A stretch of 52,285 nucleotides of DNA, from NCBI GenBank assembly GCA_009693335.1, contig SHXK01000003.1, positions 1-52,285 of the forward strand, given 5' to 3'. This DNA is from Betaproteobacteria bacterium (lineage in GTDB: Bacteria; Pseudomonadota; Gammaproteobacteria; Burkholderiales; SG8-39). The notes beneath the pieces were generated by a model. The model had not been told where the DNA came from. It saw only the letters and a program-made list of their open reading frames with translations, and ran no database searches. Made by a program: the position numbers and the translations under genes. Positions 20,648 to 32,585 of this stretch are shown here, in pieces. Numbering within the stretch: position 1 is the first letter of the stretch; every line of letters starts with the position of its first letter.

Positions 20648-22113
20648 CAGCGATCCCCAAGCACCTTGGCCACCCGCTCGCGCTGCGCCGGTGTCATCAG
20701 CAGGCCGGTCTTGGTGCGCCGCCACAGCACATCTTCGGCACTCTGCGCCCACTCGTGCTCGACGAAATAGTGCAACTCGCGCTCACTCAGGCCGGCGCCA
20801 AAGTCTTCGCCAAGGTCGCCGTCGCCGACCACCGCCTGCGCGTGCATCCCGTGGCGCCTGAAAATCGGGCGCAGGGTGGACTCGGCGATATGCGGATGGC
20901 TGGCGAAAAACGCATCGCGCGTTTCGAGGCGGGTCGCGTCGCCGAAGTCGCTGCCGGACAGCGGCCTGCGCTCCGTCCAGGCGGATTTCATTGCCGGAAA
21001 ATACGACGCCAGCTGGTCCAGCGCCTGTTCCGCCAGCCGGCGGTAGGTGGTGATCTTGCCGCCGAACACGGACAGCACCGGCGCCGCGCCCGCGTCGTCG
21101 TCCACGCGCAGGCTGTAGTCCCGCGTCACCGCGGAGGGATCGGTCGTGCCGTCGTCGTACAGCGGCCGCACGCCCGCGTAGCTCCACACCAGGTCCTGCG
21201 CTCGCGTCGGTCGCACCAGATAGCGGTTCACCGCCCGGCACAGGTACTCGATCTCCTCGTTCGTCGCTGCCGGTGGCGTGTTCTCGTCCTGCACCGGCAC
21301 GTCGGTCGTGCCGACCAGCGTGTGGATGTCGCCGTACGGAATCATGAAAACCACGCGCCGGTCATCGTTCTGCAGGATGAAAGCGTGTTCGCCTTCGTAG
21401 AGCTTGGGCAGCACGATGTGGCTGCCTTTCACCAGCCGCACCGCGTCGCGCGAGGGCTGCCTCAAGTGGTCGTTCAGAACCGTTTTGACCCACGGCCCGG
21501 TCGCATTGACGATAGCCTTGGCTTCTATTTCCTCCGCGTTCGACAGCTTGGCCTTCCAAGCTCCCCCAACCCTCAGTGCGCTCACGCATGCGGTACGCGT
21601 CAGCACTCGCGCACCGTGTGCTCGGGCATCGACTGCATTCGCGACCACCAGCCGTGCGTCATCCACCCGGCAGTCGGAATACAGGAAGCCGTGCCTGAAT
21701 TGCGGCTGCAGTCCCGAGTTGTAGGGCGGCGCATCCAGTCGCACCGCTCTCGAACCCGGCAGACTGGCGCGCCGGGCCAGATGATCGTAGAGAAACAGGC
21801 CCGCGCGGATCAGCCAGCGCGGCCGCAGTTGCGGCACGTGGGGCATGACGAAACGCACCGGCCAGACCAGGTGCGCAGCGATCTTCAGCAGCACCTCACG
21901 CTCGGCGAGCGCCTCGGCCACCAGCCTGAACTCGTAGTGTTCGAGATACCTTAAACCCCCGTGTATCAGCTTCGAAGACGAAGACGAGGTCGCGCAGGCA
22001 AGATCTCCCTTCTCCACCAACAGCACCGACAGACCACGGCCCGCGGCATCACGCGCAATGCCGACGCCATTGATGCCGCCGCCCACGATCAGCAAGTCAA
22101 CCTTGTTTGCCAA
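20647..22113 (-). CDS. glpD: FAD-dependent (aerobic) glycerol-3-phosphate dehydrogenase
   Basis: DLLIVGGGINGVGIARDAAGRGLSVLLVE..DLACATSSSSSKLIHGGLRYLEHYEFRLV is near-identical in pattern to E. coli GlpD. The start codon is TTG at 22113. Confidence 0.9.
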   Translation of the reverse strand: MANKVDLLIVGGGINGVGIARDAAGRGLSVLLVEKGDLACATSSSSSKLIHGGLRYLEHYEFRLVAEALAEREVLLKIAAHLVWPVRFVMPHVPQLRPRWLIRAGLFLYDHLARRASLPGSRAVRLDAPPYNSGLQPQFRHGFLYSDCRVDDARLVVANAVDARAHGARVLTRTACVSALRVGGAWKAKLSNAEEIEAKAIVNATGPWVKTVLNDHLRQPSRDAVRLVKGSHIVLPKLYEGEHAFILQNDDRRVVFMIPYGDIHTLVGTTDVPVQDENTPPAATNEEIEYLCRAVNRYLVRPTRAQDLVWSYAGVRPLYDDGTTDPSAVTRDYSLRVDDDAGAAPVLSVFGGKITTYRRLAEQALDQLASYFPAMKSAWTERRPLSGSDFGDATRLETRDAFFASHPHIAESTLRPIFRRHGMHAQAVVGDGDLGEDFGAGLSERELHYFVEHEWAQSAEDVLWRRTKTGLLMTPAQRERVAKVLGDR

Positions 22114-22140
22114 AAAATTCCTAGGTTTGCCAGCGGAAAA

Positions 22141-23733
22141 TTATACGGCGCGCGCTAGGGTGGCTTTGAAAACAACCCCGCCTCCGCCGGCAAGATTCTC
22201 CGCCTGCAGCGTACCGCCGTGAAACTCAGCAATCAACCGCGCGATGTAAAGTCCGAGTCCCAAGTGCGGAACCACGCCGGAAGGCTCCTGGCGCAGCGAT
22301 ACCATCGATTCGAACAGCGACTCCCGGATGGTGTCGGGCAGCGACGGCCCTTGATTTTCGATTTGCATGACAATTTTTTCTGCCTCAGCGCTCAACTGAA
22401 TACGGATCACGCTCCCGCTGGTTGAAAAATCTGCCGCGTTTTCCGCAAGCTTGTCGAGCATCTGCGCCAACAGATCCGCTGCGCCGAGCACCAGCACCAG
22501 CGCTGTCGGCGCGGTCACTTCGAACACCCTGGGCGCATAGGCGAGGCGGTAGCCTTCAACGCAGCCGCGCACCACCGTTGCGGCATCGAAGCGCTCGCGC
22601 ACCAGCGTGGAAAGACTCTGCTCCAGGCGGCTTGCCTCGGTCATGCGCGAAAGAATGGCCCCCAGCCGCGCCAGCCCTTCTTCGGCGCGCGCGACGTAGG
22701 TGCGCGTCTCCTCGGGAGTGCGCGCGGCGTGCAGATTCTCCAGCGAGGAGCGGACCACCGCGATCGGCGTCCTCAGTTCGTGCGATAAACGGCCCGCTAG
22801 GGCTTCCAGGTAAGCGTTATAGCGGGCCAGGCGTCCCAGCACGGTGGTGAAGCTGCGGGATAAATCGCCGATTTCATCGGCTGCCTCCGAGGCTGTGGTC
22901 AGGCGCGTCACCCGGCCGCGGGCATCGATGGCGGCCTCGGCCTCATCGCTCAGACGCCGGATACGGTTGGAGATGCGCGTTGCAAACCAGAACAGCACCG
23001 CGGCCACCAGTGAGAAAACCACCAGCGTCAGCACCAGCAGCCGTTCGAGCGCCTGACTACGCAGCGAGGCAATCCGATTGGTGGTTTCTTCGACCACCAC
23101 CGCGCCGTGAACCTGATCGCCGACCCAGATCGGCTGCGCCGCCGAGACGACCACCGCGCGCCCGTCGCGCGTGTTGCGCCTGCGCGTCCCCGCCGCGCCT
23201 TGCAATGCCCCGGCCACTTCACGCCCGGCGCCAATCGCGTCTTGCGCAATGGCATCTTCGAACTCCTCGGTGGGTGGCGTCAGCAACCAACCCAGAGAAC
23301 GCTCAACGAGACTGGCTGGGGCCGGATGCGGGCGCTTGAGGCTGCCAGCGAGCGCCAGCACCCGATATTCGCGGCTCACCACCCAGATGCGTGAACTGGC
23401 CCGCTCCAAGCCTTTCAAGATCGCCGTGATCTCGGCGTCGGCATCGTTTTCGCGGGCCGGTTCTTCATGCCCGATCACGCCACCCGTGAGGCGCTGCAGT
23501 TCCCGTTCCGCTTCGCGGCGCAGTTCGGACTCGCTGCGCGCCCGGTATGCCAGCAGTTGCGGCCGTTCGTGCAGCGCGGTCGCCACGGCACGGGCCGTAG
23601 CTACCAGCGCTTCTTCTTGTGCCGCATGGAGAAAGCGCTCCATTTCGCGCACGTAGCGCCAACCCGCCCACGGCAACACCAGCAACGCGAGCGCGAGCAA
23701 GGCGAGCTTGGCGCGCAACGGAAAACGGCTCAC
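22141..23733 (-). CDS. sensor histidine kinase (two TM segments, roughly 200-aa periplasmic domain, HAMP, HisKA, HATPase_c)
   Basis: TM1 LALLALALLVLPWAGW and TM2 LLVLTLVVFSLVAAVLFWF. H-box LSHELRTPIAVV, N-box LDKLAENAADF, and G-boxes IENQGPSLP / GLGLGLYIA. GTG start. Confidence 0.85.
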   Translation of the reverse strand: MSRFPLRAKLALLALALLVLPWAGWRYVREMERFLHAAQEEALVATARAVATALHERPQLLAYRARSESELRREAERELQRLTGGVIGHEEPARENDADAEITAILKGLERASSRIWVVSREYRVLALAGSLKRPHPAPASLVERSLGWLLTPPTEEFEDAIAQDAIGAGREVAGALQGAAGTRRRNTRDGRAVVVSAAQPIWVGDQVHGAVVVEETTNRIASLRSQALERLLVLTLVVFSLVAAVLFWFATRISNRIRRLSDEAEAAIDARGRVTRLTTASEAADEIGDLSRSFTTVLGRLARYNAYLEALAGRLSHELRTPIAVVRSSLENLHAARTPEETRTYVARAEEGLARLGAILSRMTEASRLEQSLSTLVRERFDAATVVRGCVEGYRLAYAPRVFEVTAPTALVLVLGAADLLAQMLDKLAENAADFSTSGSVIRIQLSAEAEKIVMQIENQGPSLPDTIRESLFESMVSLRQEPSGVVPHLGLGLYIARLIAEFHGGTLQAENLAGGGGVVFKATLARAV

Positions 23734-23772
23734 TGCGAGGTCATGGCGGGGTAAAGTGCTCGGCGCCGCCGC

Positions 23773-24462
23773 TTACGAGCGCCAGCGGTAACCAAGGCCG
23801 TAAACAGTCTCGATCGCATCGAAAGCCGCATCGGCGACGAGAAATTTGGCGCGTACCCGTTTGACATGCGAGGTGACCGTCGCGTCGTCCACCACCAGCT
23901 CGGCGTCGCGCATCAGTTGGTCGCGGTTCTTGACGTGGCCCGGATGGCGCGCGAGCGAATGCACGATCCAGAACTCAGTCAGCGTGAGTTCCACCCGGCC
24001 GCCCTTCCAATGCGCGCTGAAGCGCTTCAGATCCAGCTCCAGTTCGCCGCGCACGATGCGTTCTTCCACAGGCTTAGCCTCGGCGAGCGCATCCACGCGC
24101 CGGAACAGCGCTCCGATACGCGCCATCAGATGCGGCAGGCTCAGCCCTTTGGTCAGGTAGTCGTCGGCGCCGAGCCGCAATCCAGAGACGACATCGAAAT
24201 CGGAGTCGTGCGCGGTGAGAAAGACGATCGGCAGCGGCGCTGAGAGAGCGCGCAGATCGCGGCACAACGCGAAGCCCCCCTCTGCTTCGTCGCCCAAGCC
24301 GATATCGATGATCGCCAGATCGGGCAAGCGCAGGCGAAACGCCTCCATCGCCTCGCGCCGGGCGGCGTAGACGGACACCTCGTAGCCGTAGCGCTTGAGC
24401 GCCTCGGCATAGTTGGCGCGGATGGCGGCGTCATCCTCGACGATGGCGATGCGGCGGACCAT
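23773..24462 (-). CDS. OmpR/PhoB-family response regulator
   Basis: Receiver domain (IAIVEDD, DLAIIDIGLGDE, FLTA..., DDYLTK) and winged-helix C-terminus (LTLTEFWIV...IETVYGLGYRW). Confidence 0.9.
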   Translation of the reverse strand: MVRRIAIVEDDAAIRANYAEALKRYGYEVSVYAARREAMEAFRLRLPDLAIIDIGLGDEAEGGFALCRDLRALSAPLPIVFLTAHDSDFDVVSGLRLGADDYLTKGLSLPHLMARIGALFRRVDALAEAKPVEERIVRGELELDLKRFSAHWKGGRVELTLTEFWIVHSLARHPGHVKNRDQLMRDAELVVDDATVTSHVKRVRAKFLVADAAFDAIETVYGLGYRWRS

Positions 24463-24588
24463 GCGACGACTATACCCCAGGCGCCACTGTCATTTTTTCC
24501 GCAGTTTTGTTGCTTGCTTTGCCATACCACCAGCCCTCGGCTTGCCGATTTACAGCATCAAATACCAGCTTCAACGAGGCGCCAAAAC

Positions 24589-24705
24589 ATGTTCAAGACC
24601 AGGATCTTCGCCGTGGAACTCGCCGCCCAGATCATGCTCGCCACCGCGATCGGCCTCCTCGTCAGCCTCGTGCTGGCTGGCGCCGCGCTGCTGTTGGCCG
24701 CATGA
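24589..24705 (+). CDS. hypothetical 38-aa single-pass membrane peptide (MFKTRIFAVELAAQIMLATAIGLLVSLVLAGAALLLAA)
   Basis: Internal ATG of track ORF 24514-24705 with GAGG 10 nt upstream. By hand count, 35 of 38 codons end in G/C, against about half in the 25 codons upstream. It has a hydrophobic helix. Confidence 0.3.
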   Translation: MFKTRIFAVELAAQIMLATAIGLLVSLVLAGAALLLAA

Positions 24706-24863
24706 GCAGCGGGATCAAGACCGGCGGGATGAAATACGGCGATGTCGCGCTTGGCGTGGAATCTGCTCTGCCCACCTTCATCTGGCCGGCCCGACGCCTC
24801 AGCCGCACGCGACGCTACCTCAGTTGGCTGATCGCAGCGTTGCGGCGCCGACCGATAGAATGA
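24702..24863 (+). CDS. hypothetical 53-aa basic protein (MSSGIKTGGMKYGDVALGVESALPTFIWPARRLSRTRRYLSWLIAALRRRPIE)
   Basis: The ATG overlaps the stop of the preceding small ORF (ATGA) and the ORF ends 4 nt before the GST start. 40 of 53 codons end in G/C. No recognisable family. Confidence 0.2.
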   Translation: MSSGIKTGGMKYGDVALGVESALPTFIWPARRLSRTRRYLSWLIAALRRRPIE

Positions 24864-24867
24864 GGGC

Positions 24868-25548
24868 ATGAACGCGGCCCTGACGCTGGTGATCGCCAAC
24901 AAAAACTATTCTTCCTGGTCGATGCGGCCCTGGGTATTGCTGCACGAGTGCGGCATCCCGTTCCAGGAGCGCATGCTCAAGTTCGCATCGCCGGAGTGGC
25001 GCGAGCACATCGCCCGACTTTCACCCTCAGGCCTGGTGCCGGTGCTCTGGGAAGGGGTAGTGGGAACCGCAGCGGAAACCGGCTTCGCCACCTGGGACAC
25101 GCTCGCTATTTCTGAACGACTACACGAACTTTTTCCAGATCGAGCCATCTGGCCGACCGACCCACAGGCGCGCGCACAGGCACGCTCGGCGGCGGCGGAA
25201 ATGCATGCCGGTTTTCGCGCGCTGCGCGGCGCGATGCCCATGAACATCCGCAGCCGCTATCCGGGCCAGGGGATGAATGACGAGGTGGCCAAGGATCTCG
25301 CACGCATCAGCGCTCTTTGGGCCGCAGCACTGGGGCCGTTCCTGTGCGGTGAATTCTGCGCCGCAGACGCGTTTTATGCGCCAGTGGCGACGCGATTGGT
25401 GACCTACGGCGTCGAACTGACAGGCGCGGCGCGGGAGTACCAGCAGCAGCTGCTCGAATCGCCCGGGGTCCAGGCCTGGAGCGCGGCAGCGGTGCAGGAA
25501 ACCGAGTTCGTCGCCGAGGACGAACCCTACGCGAACCCGCCGCGCTGA
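24868..25548 (+). CDS. glutathione S-transferase family protein
   Basis: N-terminal thioredoxin-like GST domain with the LVIANKNYSSWSMRPW motif and an alpha-helical C-terminal domain. Confidence 0.8.
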   Translation: MNAALTLVIANKNYSSWSMRPWVLLHECGIPFQERMLKFASPEWREHIARLSPSGLVPVLWEGVVGTAAETGFATWDTLAISERLHELFPDRAIWPTDPQARAQARSAAAEMHAGFRALRGAMPMNIRSRYPGQGMNDEVAKDLARISALWAAALGPFLCGEFCAADAFYAPVATRLVTYGVELTGAAREYQQQLLESPGVQAWSAAAVQETEFVAEDEPYANPPR

Positions 25549-25566
25549 TGCGCGGCGCAAAATCAG

Positions 25567-25985
25567 CTACTTCTTACGCAGCTTCCTGATCGCAGCGAGC
25601 TGCGCGGCGAGCATCGCCAGTTCGCCCTCGACCACCGCGATTTCCTGTTTGTCCTTGGCGTTGCGGCGCGCTTCCTCGGCCTTCTTGATGGCTTCGTTGG
25701 CTTTGGCCTCATCGAGGTCATGGCCACGGATGGCGGTATCCGCGAGCACGGTAATCACCTTGGGCTGCACTTCGAGGATGCCGCCAGCGACGAAAATCAA
25801 TTCTTCTTCGCCACCGGCTTTCAGGATGCGCACTGCGCCGGGTTTGATGCGGGTGATGAGCGGCGCATGGCGCGGGTAGATGCCGAGCTCGCCGGCTTCG
25901 CCGGGCAGCACCACGAACTCCGCCTCATCCGAGAAGATGGCGGCTTCGGCGCTAACGACGTCGACGTGGATGGTGGCGTTGGCCA

Positions 25986-25986
<1 letters not shown>
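25567..25986 (-). CDS. atpC: F1 ATP synthase epsilon subunit
   Basis: Last gene of the atp operon, 139 aa, with VDVVSAE..IFSGE-type N-terminus. It overlaps the atpD stop by 1 nt (TAATG). Confidence 0.9.
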
Positions 25987-28309
<2,323 letters not shown>

Positions 28310-28312
28310 GGC

Positions 28313-29860
28313 TTAGTACGAGCCGTTCTTCTTCCAGTCGGCAATCGCATCCTTGAGCGCTTTCTCGTCGTCGTCCACCAGGTCGTTCTTCTCCTCGATG
28401 CGCTTGATCAGCTCGGCGAACTTGCTCTTCAGGTAGTCGCGCATCGAACGCTCGGCGGCGAGCGCTTTTTTCACATCGATGTCGTTGAAGAAGCCGTTGT
28501 TCACCGCGAACAGCGTAACTGCCATCTCCCACACCTGCAGCGGGTGGTATTGCGGCTGCTTCATGAGCTCGGTGATCATGCGGCCGAGCTCGAGTTGCTT
28601 TCTCGTCGCCTCGTCCAGATCGGAGGCGAATTGCGCGAAAGCCGCGAGCTCGCGGTACTGGGCGAGCGCCAAGCGCACGCCGCCGCCGGTGTCGCGGCGT
28701 TTCATGATCTTGGTCTGTGCAGCGCCACCCACCCGCGACACCGAGATACCGGCGTTGATGGCAGGACGGATGCCAGCGTTGAAGAGGTCCGTTTCCAGGA
28801 AGATCTGGCCGTCGGTAATCGAGATCACATTGGTCGGCACGAACGCGGTGACGTCACCCGCCTGGGTTTCAATCACCGGCAAGGCGGTGAGCGACCCGGT
28901 CTTGCCCTTGACCGCGCCCTTGGTGAACTTCTCGACATACTCGGGGTTCACCCGCGCCGCGCGCTCAAGGAGCCGCGAGTGCAGATAGAACACGTCGCCC
29001 GGATAGGCTTCGCGACCCGGCGGGCGGCGCAGCAGCAACGACACCTGGCGATATGCCCAAGCCTGCTTGGTCAAGTCATCATAAATGATGAGCGCGTCCT
29101 GACCGCGGTCGCGGAAGTATTCGCCCATGGTGCAGCCGGAATACGGCGCAATGAACTGCATCGCCGCCGACTCGGAAGCCGAAGCGGCAACCACGATGGT
29201 GTAGGCCATCGCCCCGTGCTCCTCGAGTTTGCGCACCACGTTGGCGATGGTCGAGGCTTTCTGTCCGATCGCCACATAGACGCAGAACAGATCCTTGCCC
29301 TTCTGGTTGATGATCGTATCCACCGCCACCGCCGTCTTGCCGGTCTGGCGGTCGCCGATGATCAGTTCACGCTGGCCGCGGCCGATCGGCACCATGGCGT
29401 CGATCGCCTTCAAGCCGGTCTGCACCGGCTGCGATACCGACTGGCGTGCAATCACCCCTGGCGCCACCTTCTCGATCACGTCGGTGAGCTTGGCGTTGAT
29501 CGGTCCTTTGCCGTCGATCGGCGCACCCAGCGAATTGACCACCCGGCCGAGCAGCTCGGGGCCGATCGGCACCGAAAGAATCTTGCCGGTGCACTTGACC
29601 GTGTCGCCCTCGGTGATGTGTTCGTACTCGCCCAGAATCACCGCGCCGACCGAATCGCGCTCGAGGTTGAGCGCCAGACCGTAGGTGTTCTTCGGGAATT
29701 CCAGCATCTCGCCCTGCATCACGTCCGACAGACCGTGGACTCGGCAGATGCCGTCGGTCACTGACACGACGCTGCCCTGTGTGCGCATCTGCACGCCGGC
29801 GTCCATGTTCTGGATCCGGTTTTTGATGAGTTCCGAAATTTCGGACGGGTTGAGTTGCAT
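28313..29860 (-). CDS. atpA: F1 ATP synthase alpha subunit
   Basis: GDRQTGKTA Walker A and the conserved alpha-subunit core. Confidence 0.97.
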   Translation of the reverse strand: MQLNPSEISELIKNRIQNMDAGVQMRTQGSVVSVTDGICRVHGLSDVMQGEMLEFPKNTYGLALNLERDSVGAVILGEYEHITEGDTVKCTGKILSVPIGPELLGRVVNSLGAPIDGKGPINAKLTDVIEKVAPGVIARQSVSQPVQTGLKAIDAMVPIGRGQRELIIGDRQTGKTAVAVDTIINQKGKDLFCVYVAIGQKASTIANVVRKLEEHGAMAYTIVVAASASESAAMQFIAPYSGCTMGEYFRDRGQDALIIYDDLTKQAWAYRQVSLLLRRPPGREAYPGDVFYLHSRLLERAARVNPEYVEKFTKGAVKGKTGSLTALPVIETQAGDVTAFVPTNVISITDGQIFLETDLFNAGIRPAINAGISVSRVGGAAQTKIMKRRDTGGGVRLALAQYRELAAFAQFASDLDEATRKQLELGRMITELMKQPQYHPLQVWEMAVTLFAVNNGFFNDIDVKKALAAERSMRDYLKSKFAELIKRIEEKNDLVDDDEKALKDAIADWKKNGSY

Positions 29861-29872
29861 TTTTGAAGCTCC

Positions 29873-30409
29873 TTAAGCTTTCAGTGCGGTCTCGAGCGCA
29901 GCGAGCTGCGCACGCGCGGAACCGTCGATAACCTTGTCGCCGATCACGATCTTGACGCCGCCGATGAGGGATTTGTCGACGCTGACGCGGGCCCTCACTT
30001 TGCGGCCGGTTTTCTTCTCCAGCCTGGCCACCAGGTCGGCGACCTGGGCCGCTTCCATCTCGAACGCGGTCGTGACCTCTGCTTCGACCACGCCCTCGCG
30101 CTCGTTCTTCAGCACCTCGTACTGCGTACGTATTTCCGCGAGCACATCCAGGCGACCGTTTTCTGCCAACACCCGCACGAAATTCTCGCTCTCACCCGTG
30201 AGTTTTCCGGACAGGATGGCAAGGAACAGTCCGGCGATCTTGGCGGCAGAAAAATTCGGGTCACCAATCGCCGCACGCACCCGCGCATCGGCCGCCACCG
30301 CAGACAAATTAGCGAGGGTCGCCGACCAGTCGGCGAGCGCGCCTTTGGCATCGGCCAGCCTGAAAGCGGCTTCCGCGTAAGGACGCGCGATGGTGCTGGG
30401 TTCCGCCAT
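29873..30409 (-). CDS. atpH: F1 ATP synthase delta (OSCP) subunit
   Basis: 178 aa, RPYAEAAF N-terminus, positioned between atpF and atpA. Confidence 0.9.
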   Translation of the reverse strand: MAEPSTIARPYAEAAFRLADAKGALADWSATLANLSAVAADARVRAAIGDPNFSAAKIAGLFLAILSGKLTGESENFVRVLAENGRLDVLAEIRTQYEVLKNEREGVVEAEVTTAFEMEAAQVADLVARLEKKTGRKVRARVSVDKSLIGGVKIVIGDKVIDGSARAQLAALETALKA

Positions 30410-30438
30410 CGTCCTTGCCTAAGGTTTCTCCAGGGTTT

Positions 30439-30909
30439 TCACAGTTGCTTCTTGATCCCGTCCAGTAGCTCGGCGTGCGCCTTGGCGTCCACCTCGCGGC
30501 GCAGGATTTTCTCCGCCCCGGCCACGGCCAGTGCGGCGACCTGCTCGCGCAATTGCTCGCGCGCGCGCGACGCCGCTTGCTGGATGTCGGCCTTGGCAGC
30601 AGTTTTTTCGCGCTCGCCTTCCGCCTTAGCGACGGTCTTCGCTTCCTCGATCACCTGCGCGCCACGTTTTTCCGCCTGGCCGACGATCTCGGCGGCGCGC
30701 ACGCGCGCTTCCTGGATCGTCTGCTCGGTCTGCTTGCCCGAAACCTCGAGCGACTTCCTGCCCTGCTCGCCGGCAGCCAAACCGTCAGCAATCTGCTTCT
30801 GGCGCGCCTCGATCGCCCGCAACATATGCGGCCAGATAAATTTCGCGGTAAAGATGATGAACGCGAAAAAAACCAGCGCTTGGGCAAACAGCGTGGCGTT
30901 AATGTTCAT
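30439..30909 (-). CDS. atpF: Fo ATP synthase subunit b
   Basis: 156 aa with a single N-terminal TM segment followed by a long charged coiled coil. Confidence 0.9.
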   Translation of the reverse strand: MNINATLFAQALVFFAFIIFTAKFIWPHMLRAIEARQKQIADGLAAGEQGRKSLEVSGKQTEQTIQEARVRAAEIVGQAEKRGAQVIEEAKTVAKAEGEREKTAAKADIQQAASRAREQLREQVAALAVAGAEKILRREVDAKAHAELLDGIKKQL

Positions 30910-30945
30910 GGCGCCCCCCTCAAGATCTGCTCGGCTCGGCGGTCT

Positions 30946-31221
<276 letters not shown>

Positions 31222-31261
31222 TTATTTCCTTTTCTATACGTGAAGACGGTTGTGCCGGGGA

Positions 31262-32086
31262 TCAGTGATGTTCGTGCGCCATTGAGATGTAGACGATCGT
31301 GAGCATCATGAAAATGTACGCTTGCAGCAACACGATCAAGATGTGAAAAATCGCCCAGCCCAGGCCTAGTAAAACGGAAACGATAAAGCCGCCGAAATAG
31401 TCCTGTGCAAAGGAGCTGTTGGCTGCCCACATCCACAACAGCAGGAACAGGATTTCCCCCGCATACATATTGCCGAACAGTCGCAGCGAATGGGACAGCG
31501 GCTTCGAGATGTACTCGACGCAATTGAAAAGAAAATTGGCCGGCCACAGCAGCGGGTGACCACCGAACGGTGCGCAAAACAATTCGTGTATCCAGCCGCC
31601 CAGCCCCTTGGCCGCGATCGAGAACCAGATCATCATCGCGAACACCGAAAGCGATAGCGCAAACGTCGTATTCACGTCAGCCGTGGGTACGATCCGCCAC
31701 GCGTGCACGCCGATCAGGCCAAACGCGGCGGCGACCCAGTCGGCGGGAAGAAAATCCATCGAGTTCATCAACACGATCCAGACAAACACCGTCAGCGCCG
31801 CCGGCGCAATGAATTTATTGCGATCGCCGTGATGAAAAATGCCCTTGACCTGGTCGTCGATAAAACCGATCAGTAGTTCGACGAAAGCCTGGCGCTTTCC
31901 AGGCACGCCTGCGGTCGCGCCACGCACCACCCACCAAAGCAGCCCCAGACCGATACTGCCGAGCAGCACCGCGGTGACTACAGAATCAACATTGATGCTC
32001 CAAAAGCCTCCGCCCTCCGCTGGCTTGGTGAAGAAGCCAAGGTGGTGCTCGATGTACTCAGTCGCGGATTTGTATTGTGTCGCCAT
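31262..32086 (-). CDS. atpB: Fo ATP synthase subunit a
   Basis: 274 aa, polytopic, with the [13 protein letters not shown] motif. Confidence 0.93.
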   Translation of the reverse strand: MATQYKSATEYIEHHLGFFTKPAEGGGFWSINVDSVVTAVLLGSIGLGLLWWVVRGATAGVPGKRQAFVELLIGFIDDQVKGIFHHGDRNKFIAPAALTVFVWIVLMNSMDFLPADWVAAAFGLIGVHAWRIVPTADVNTTFALSLSVFAMMIWFSIAAKGLGGWIHELFCAPFGGHPLLWPANFLFNCVEYISKPLSHSLRLFGNMYAGEILFLLLWMWAANSSFAQDYFGGFIVSVLLGLGWAIFHILIVLLQAYIFMMLTIVYISMAHEHH

Positions 32087-32095
32087 TGCAGAATG

Positions 32096-32476
32096 CTATT
32101 TGTACTCGCGAACAAAAAACGCCATTGAAAACAGCAATATCGTTACAAAAAACGATCCGAAAAACGCCAGCGCGACGACCTCGTCATACAACATCAGTAC
32201 CGCCCACAACAGGATCACGACCAAACCGATCTTGAGGGCCTCGGCCAGCAAGGCAGCGATCAGGACCCCCCCGGCAGACTGCGTCTTTCCCCTTGCCGCA
32301 ACGATCGCGGCCACCCCGCCTGCACACACGCTCACCGCGCCTCCCAAGACCGCCGACCAAGCGCCGTGCACCCCGCCAAAAATCCAGGCCAAAAGCGCCA
32401 GCGCCGCGGTGGCCATCAACTGCCACGAGAGTACGGTGCCGATCGGCTTGCTCAGAAAGCGGGGGCTAGCGTTCAC
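32096..32476 (-). CDS. atpI: ATP synthase protein I
   Basis: Small polytopic protein immediately upstream of atpB. The GTG at 32476 has AGGAAG 8 nt upstream and gives 126 aa. An alternative start at 32548 gives the 150-aa track ORF. Confidence 0.65.
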   Translation of the reverse strand: MNASPRFLSKPIGTVLSWQLMATAALALLAWIFGGVHGAWSAVLGGAVSVCAGGVAAIVAARGKTQSAGGVLIAALLAEALKIGLVVILLWAVLMLYDEVVALAFFGSFFVTILLFSMAFFVREYK

Positions 32477-32585
32477 CTTGCCCACTTCCTGAAAAAGGCC
32501 CGAATTATATTGGGTACGTACACTGTGGGTCAACGTGCTGCGGCGCAAAACTCGGTCCGCGTCCGTGGCCAGAGTTGCAACAACA

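Noticed and set aside
20755-21954. 399-aa plus-strand ORF
   Set aside because: It is antisense to glpD, with shadow-frame composition.
22141-24462. Naming the kinase/regulator pair PdsS/PdsR (dedicated sortase system)
   Set aside because: The resemblance is only from memory. The kinase seems shorter than I recall for that family, and no sortase or LPXTG/vWFA target gene is in the window. It is kept as a generic two-component system.
24514-24588. Upstream 25 codons of the 63-aa ORF (MLCHTTSPRLADLQHQIPASTRRQN)
   Set aside because: Third-position G/C drops to about half here, there is no SD, and an internal ATG with GAGG fits better. It is treated as 5' UTR.
25544-25567. GCTGAT-N12-ATCAGC inverted repeat between GST and atpC as a bidirectional terminator
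   Set aside because: The stem is only 6 bp, the loop is 12 nt, and there are no flanking T-runs. This is too weak to annotate.
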